Of a DNA stretch of 64,000 bases, positions 58,061 to 64,000 are shown in pieces. The notes below the pieces were generated by a model, which made no database searches, was not told the DNA's origin, and worked only from the letters and a program-made list of their open reading frames with translations. Numbering within the stretch: the stretch's first letter is position 1; each line of letters opens with the position of its first letter. The DNA comes from the human T2T-CHM13v2.0 reference genome, Homo sapiens. The stretch lies in NCBI RefSeq assembly GCF_009914755.1, contig NC_060925.1; one strand, given 5' to 3'. Made by a program: the position numbers and the translations under genes.

Positions 58061-58340
58061 CTTTATTTCCTTGACTGAAATGACAGAAAGCACTCTGGAA
58101 CATAGTACCAAACATGTTTTGGCATCTTCATGGATGTCAGCCAATTCACGATCAACCATTACTCTTACTCTCGAAGGGTAGAGTACTATTGTTAAGACAA
58201 TGTTGATAGGGTTTTTTTCTCTTTCTAAGATTCCATATTGCAGTAGTATTTTGAAGATATTAGACTGTCTTGTCTGAGCTACATAAAAGAGAGGTGTGAT
58301 GCCACTTAATGGGCTTGGACAGTATACTGGTGTGAAAGTT
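58061..58340 (-). CDS. ASB17: ASB17 penultimate coding exon (280 nt), ankyrin region
   Basis: Minus-strand ttcacag| ..TFTPVYCPSPLSGITPLFYVAQTRQSNIFKILLQYG...SVKEIK |gtaag; ankyrin-like TPL..A..LL.YG; within ORF 58043..58399. Confidence 0.92.
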
Positions 58341-58456
58341 CTGTGAATTAAACAAAACAAAAACTCATTGGATATAGAATTAAGAAATGTGACAAACACT
58401 TTATCTTGCTAGTAATGGGAAAATAATAGTTTAAATGTTAAATGTCTTAAATGTAA

Positions 58457-58780
<324 letters not shown>

Positions 58781-60491
58781 TATATATTTCTTAAAAGGAG
58801 TTTTCCACTCTATGAATCTAGACTAAACTGAAGGTTAAAAGAAAACTCCTACCAAACACTTAAACCCCATTTACATTGTAAAAATAAACAAAACCAATTT
58901 ATAATATATGTAAAGTGTTTACTTTTAGTCATAGCAATTCTAGTTGAGAAATCTGTACTGCTTAGGACAGTATTACAAAACTGATGTAGCTCTGGAAATA
59001 ATAAAATGGAAAAGGAGGACAGAACTTTTTGATTTAACTTTATTAATAGAAAGAATTATGTGATCATTTGCATATCTTTTTGTTTTTGTTCTTCTTGATC
59101 ATGTACCAGACATGAACTTGAATTGAGTTTGGAAATTAGGAAAGGAATAAATACAACTATCTTAATTCTATGTTTTTCACTTTAATAAAATTAGAGTTGG
59201 TTGGGCTTAGGAAATGTAAATTATAGTGAGAACCATATCAGGTCCCTCAAGGGCAGAATTTTTCTTCTTGAGTAAAATTTTGAAATCTAGGGAAATCTTG
59301 TTTTCCCTAGAGTGTCACATGATGGCTAGACTTAAAAATTTCTCTTCCCTTATGACAGAAATGAAAACTTTATTTTTTTAAATGGTATATACTTCTTGCA
59401 GTTGTTTCATTTAATAGACTTTTATGCTGTTATTTTGGTCAGAGTAAATATTGTTGTGGTGTCCTTGACCACAGGAGATTTTCTATTAGCAAGCCATAAT
59501 TTTGCCAAGTAATATGGTTTTTAGGCTAATGAAAGAGAAATTTTATTAATGATTTTTGTCTGTGGAATTCTCTTGACTGGCCTAATAAAATACTGCAGGA
59601 CAGCACACAAAGTATAAATACTGGTTTTAGGCAACTACTCAGAGCAAGGAAAGACTTATGCAAAAAGGGGAACTTTAAGACTGCATATATAGTACTTAGG
59701 TAAAATGGGAGGCAGCATGGTATAAACAATAGAGACAAGTGTTCTAGGTTCTAAGTTTTAGCTCTTTGAATTGGCTGTGTGATTTTGAGCAAGTTGGCCT
59801 CTTTACATCTGTTTCCACAAGCATTTATGTACTCATCTGCTTATTCCTTCATTACCTAATTTATTTAATACTTGCTTGCCTAGAGTGTACTGAGAAGTAG
59901 ATACACAGAGATAAAAGATATAGTTCTTGACTATTATAATCTAGTAAGGAAAACACAAGAAATTGCATAAATACAATACAAGGTGATAATCACAATGATA
60001 GAAGCATGCTCAGGGTACTATAGAAGCACTGAGGAGGGGTACTTAACTCTATCTGAAATAGTCATTTCCTATAGGTTATCCAGAAGCTACGATTTGAAAG
60101 ATTAGTAGATGTTTTCCAATAAAAAGATTCGAAAGAATGTTTTAGGCACAAGCATAAACCAGCATTGGAGGATTGCTATAGCAGAACTAGCTATAGAAGA
60201 TAAATGTTTTATAATAGATGAGCTTTTTTCAAACTATTTTTGAAGAATCTGACAAAACTAAGAAAAAAGAGTTTTTCTGGTTGATGTCCTAGAGCCCTTA
60301 CCCCCTGCTGGATCTTTGTTCAGGTCTCCAAAAAGTATAGTTGGAAAGTCACTGGACCAACTAGTTTATCTGCAAAGCTTCACCAAACGCTGACATGCCA
60401 GGATTTTGTAATTTAAAAAATAGTGAATTGTAGTGCAAAGTAGCATTTTAGAAATCAAGATGTAGTTTTTTGTCATAACTGTCACTGGCAC

Positions 60492-60585
60492 TATACATAC
60501 ATATATGTATATATATACACACACATACACATATAGAAAGAGAAAGGATATATATGTATGTATATACATATGAATATGGATATGT
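60492..60585. repeat. (TA)/(CA) low-complexity microsatellite
   Basis: Directly visible. Confidence 0.8.
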
Positions 60586-62064
60586 ATTATTTCCTGTATC
60601 TCTCGTGGAATCATCTCCAGACCAATAATGTCATGGGCATATTATCTTTTTTACAAATACTTCCAACGCATGGAGAACTTCTAAACTACATTTCTTTCTA
60701 CATTACCTATCATTGGTATGCAGTTTCCCAAACCACCACTGCATCCAGGTCTTTCACATTTCTTTACTTTGTATATGTTCTTCTCCCCTGCCTTTTTTTT
60801 TCAATTCTGCAATAAGTCTAACTCATCTTTATGAGACCTTATCTAATAAACTGTTTTGTGAACTCTTCTTTGATTACCCTGATATATCTCATACTCCTCA
60901 GGGCACTTTGTACCTACCTACATTAAATTTGTATCTTTTGGAAAACTTATTTAACACCTCTAAACTTTCATTTTCTCTTCTTCAAAATAAATGGATAAGC
61001 AAAACAATCTACAAAAGTGGAAGCCTCTAAAAGATAGTAATTTCATCTTAGTTCACTACTGCATATTTAAGTGCCTAGAACAATGTTTGGCCCATATTAC
61101 GCACTCAAATATTTGTTAATTGAACTTTTTTTACTGAAAATTTTGACTATATATATGTCATAGTAAAAAATTCCCTGAGTTTATCCTGTAGCTTTCAGGT
61201 CTAACAAGATTTTTGTTGATATGTAATCACTTAAACTTTTCAAAGGCAGTTTAATGTATTCATCTTGCTTGTTCTTAAGAAAATATTTGACTTAAGAACC
61301 TTATAAGTATGGGAATTCTGGAGACTCAGGGGGCAAAATATACCATAAGTGGTCATTATTAAGATTTAGAGATATTTGTTGATTCTAAGATATTAAGATT
61401 GACATTACCTTTAGAAGATAATGAATACTGAAAAATGTTGAAAACATGACTAAAACCCAAATAGGTTTAAAATGAGATTTAAAAGTCTAATCTGTACCCA
61501 AATGACATATGATTAATCCTCATGTTTAAAGAGTATGTTACTGTAAACCAGAATTTGCTTAATCTGTACTGACAGTTAATTATAGCAGTACTTATATGGA
61601 TGAAGTGCAGCAAGCAAAGCAAGAATTAGTTTTTAAATGTGAGGTTAATGAACTGAACTCTTGGTATCTGAAAACCTGTCATAATGCTTATGAAATGGGG
61701 CATAATATTTCCATACAGACATGCAGAGAATTATTCAGTTTTTTAGCTATAATTATTTCTAATTTTTTTCCCTTCTCATTCTCCTTCAATTTCTAGCTGA
61801 AAAATTTGATAGATGCTTCTCCAGAATAATTTTACATGTGTGATATTTCACACAGTTGACTTTCTTAAAACTATGTTTTCCTTTTACTCAGTTGGGCTAG
61901 TCTCTCCAAGTTACCCATTCATCTCTTTGGCTATTTCTCCTCAACTGTCTTTCACTGGCTCCTCTTCCTCTGCCCTCAACATCTAAGTAAGTATGCATGG
62001 CCTTTAGACCAATTTTATTTGGCTATTCCCAGGCAATTTCATTTATGACCATAACTTCAATTCC

Positions 62065-62770
62065 TGTCCATTTATTTATTTCAACAAATACTGAATGCAT
62101 ACTATATGCCAGGAACTGTTTTAGGTGCTTGGGATATATCAGGAAACAAAATAAAGATCCTTACTATCTTGCTTATATTATAGTGAACGATTAACAACAA
62201 TGTAGGATGAACACAGTAAACAAGCAAATTTTATGTTAGCAGGTGATGAGTGCTTGGAAAAAAGAATAAGTAGAGTAGAATAAGAAGTATGGATATGCTG
62301 TGGGCTGGTACGGTCAGGGCATTTTTAAATATTAAATAAGATGATGGAAGAGTACATTATTGAAAGATGACATTTGAACAAAGACCAGAAGGAGGTGCGG
62401 AAGTTAACCATTTGGATATTTCAGGGCCCTATGGCGGGAGACTGTGCCTGGAGTGATGAAGGAAGAATAACGGAACCAGCGCGGCTGAAAAGAGGACAGA
62501 GGTAATGGGATGCCACATTATTTAGAGCCTTATGGATCACTGTAAGAACTTCACCTTTTACTCTAAACCAAAAGGACAAGCCATTGGAGGTTTTGAGTAG
62601 AAGAGTAGTGTGATCTGCCCTTTGTTGAGAATTTGTTATAGAAGGAAGGAAATCACTTAGCTTGGAACATAGTAGTGGAGACAGCCAGATGCTGTACATT
62701 ATTTGCAGGTAGAACCAACAGATCCCAATATAGATGTGAGATGTAAGAGAAACATTAAGGATGGCACTGT
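62065..62770. mobile_element. L2 LINE fragment
   Basis: atttattcaacaaatactgaatgcatactatatgccagg...ttcaccttttactct..ccattggaggttttgag L2 3' motifs. Confidence 0.75.
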
Positions 62771-62894
62771 TTATCTAGCCACGTATTGCACATCTCTACC
62801 TCGATATCCATTAGGCAGTGCAAACTCATATGTCTAAAACTGATTTTATAGGTTTTTTAAAATATTTTATCTCGATAAGCTTGTGGTATGACCA

Positions 62895-63320
62895 TTTTGG
62901 TGGGCTGAATAATGGCCCCTCAGTATGGCAAATAGGATTTTGCAGATATGATTAAGATCTTGAGGTGGGAAATTAACTAGGTGTGCCCAGTGTAATTGCA
63001 AGAGTCCTTATAAGTGCAGAGAATGTTGGAAGCAGAGTCAATGAATAAGATATGATGATATTACAGTGCTAGCTTTGAAGATGAAGAGGCTATCAGCCAA
63101 GGAATGTAGATGGCCTCTGAAAGCTGGCAAAGGCAAGAAAACAGATTCTTCCCTAGAGCCTCCGTAAGGCACTGGACCTACTAACAATTTGATTTAGCTC
63201 TATAAGACTCATTTTGGACTTTTGAACTCCAGAACTATAAGAACTAAACTATAAATTTGTGTTGTTTTAAGCCACTAAGTTTGTGGTAATTTGTTGCAGC
63301 AGCAACAGGAAACTAATACA
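62895..63320 (+). mobile_element. MLT1-type MaLR LTR
   Basis: tggtgggctgaataatggcccc...gattcttccctagagcctcc...caggaaactaataca. Confidence 0.82.
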
Positions 63321-64000
63321 ACTTTCGACCACTCTCAAAATTTAGAAATCTGAAGATTAACTCTTTCTTCTCTTAGATCCTCCAATTCTGATCACTTACC
63401 GTGTCTTGTAATTCTGTCTAAAAATCTCTCTCCTTTCTCCCACTGCTACTGTTTTAGTTTAAGTTCTCATAATTTGCCTGGACAGTTGTAGTATCAAAGG
63501 GTGACCAGAGGTTGGGAGGGATGTTGGTAGAAGAGAATTAGTTCTCCCCTCAAAACTATTATAAATACACATGTAAACTAAGTACATGTACTATGCATGC
63601 TATGCAAATTCAGCCTCAGGGACCTTCTCTAACCACCCCCCTTTAAAAAAATTAGATCACTTTCCCCCCAACTCTTCCCACATAGAACATTGTACTTGGA
63701 GTGCTTGAGTAGTCTACTAACTGGTTTCCCTGCCCTAGCTGCAGCCTGTTTTCCCAAAATCCAATCTTCAAATGGGGCTGATAAATCTTTTTAATTGTAC
63801 AAGTTGATTGACCTTCACTGGCCAGGCATTACCCATGGTGTAAATTTCATGTTCCTCACTCTGGCCTACAAAGTCCTTCATTCTTTCAATTCCAGTCTTC
63901 ATTTCTCTTACTACATGATTCCTATCTCACTCTCTAGCTATTACTAAACTGCTTGTAGTCATTGGATACAACAATGTTGTTTGTATCTCCCTTAGTTTCA

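Overview
Primate, almost certainly human, genomic DNA that is AT-rich and dense in repeats. The + strand carries the 3' half of MSH4, the meiotic MutS homologue. Twelve coding exons are present, and their lengths and phases splice into one open frame ending ...VPEKTEE* at 48864; they correspond to exons 9-20 of the 936-aa human protein and include Walker [10 protein letters not shown] and Walker [11 protein letters not shown]. The - strand carries the last two coding exons of the convergent gene ASB17 (ankyrin region and SOCS box). Introns hold a complete THE1 provirus with TSD, a Tigger4/Zombi transposon, an internally deleted ERV-L provirus with MLT2 LTRs, a near full-length old L1, many Alus and two large AT-rich tandem arrays. 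I found no new multi-gene system and no prokaryotic features. The most unusual observations are three traces of DNA capture: a 511-bp TSD-flanked foreign insert inside ERV-L gag, an L1 3' transduction, and a 75-bp copy of intron-14 DNA inside the palindrome-rich AT array. Several MSH4 splice sites are also atypical. Repeat subfamily names come from remembered consensus sequences, not from a search, and repeat boundaries without a stated TSD are approximate.
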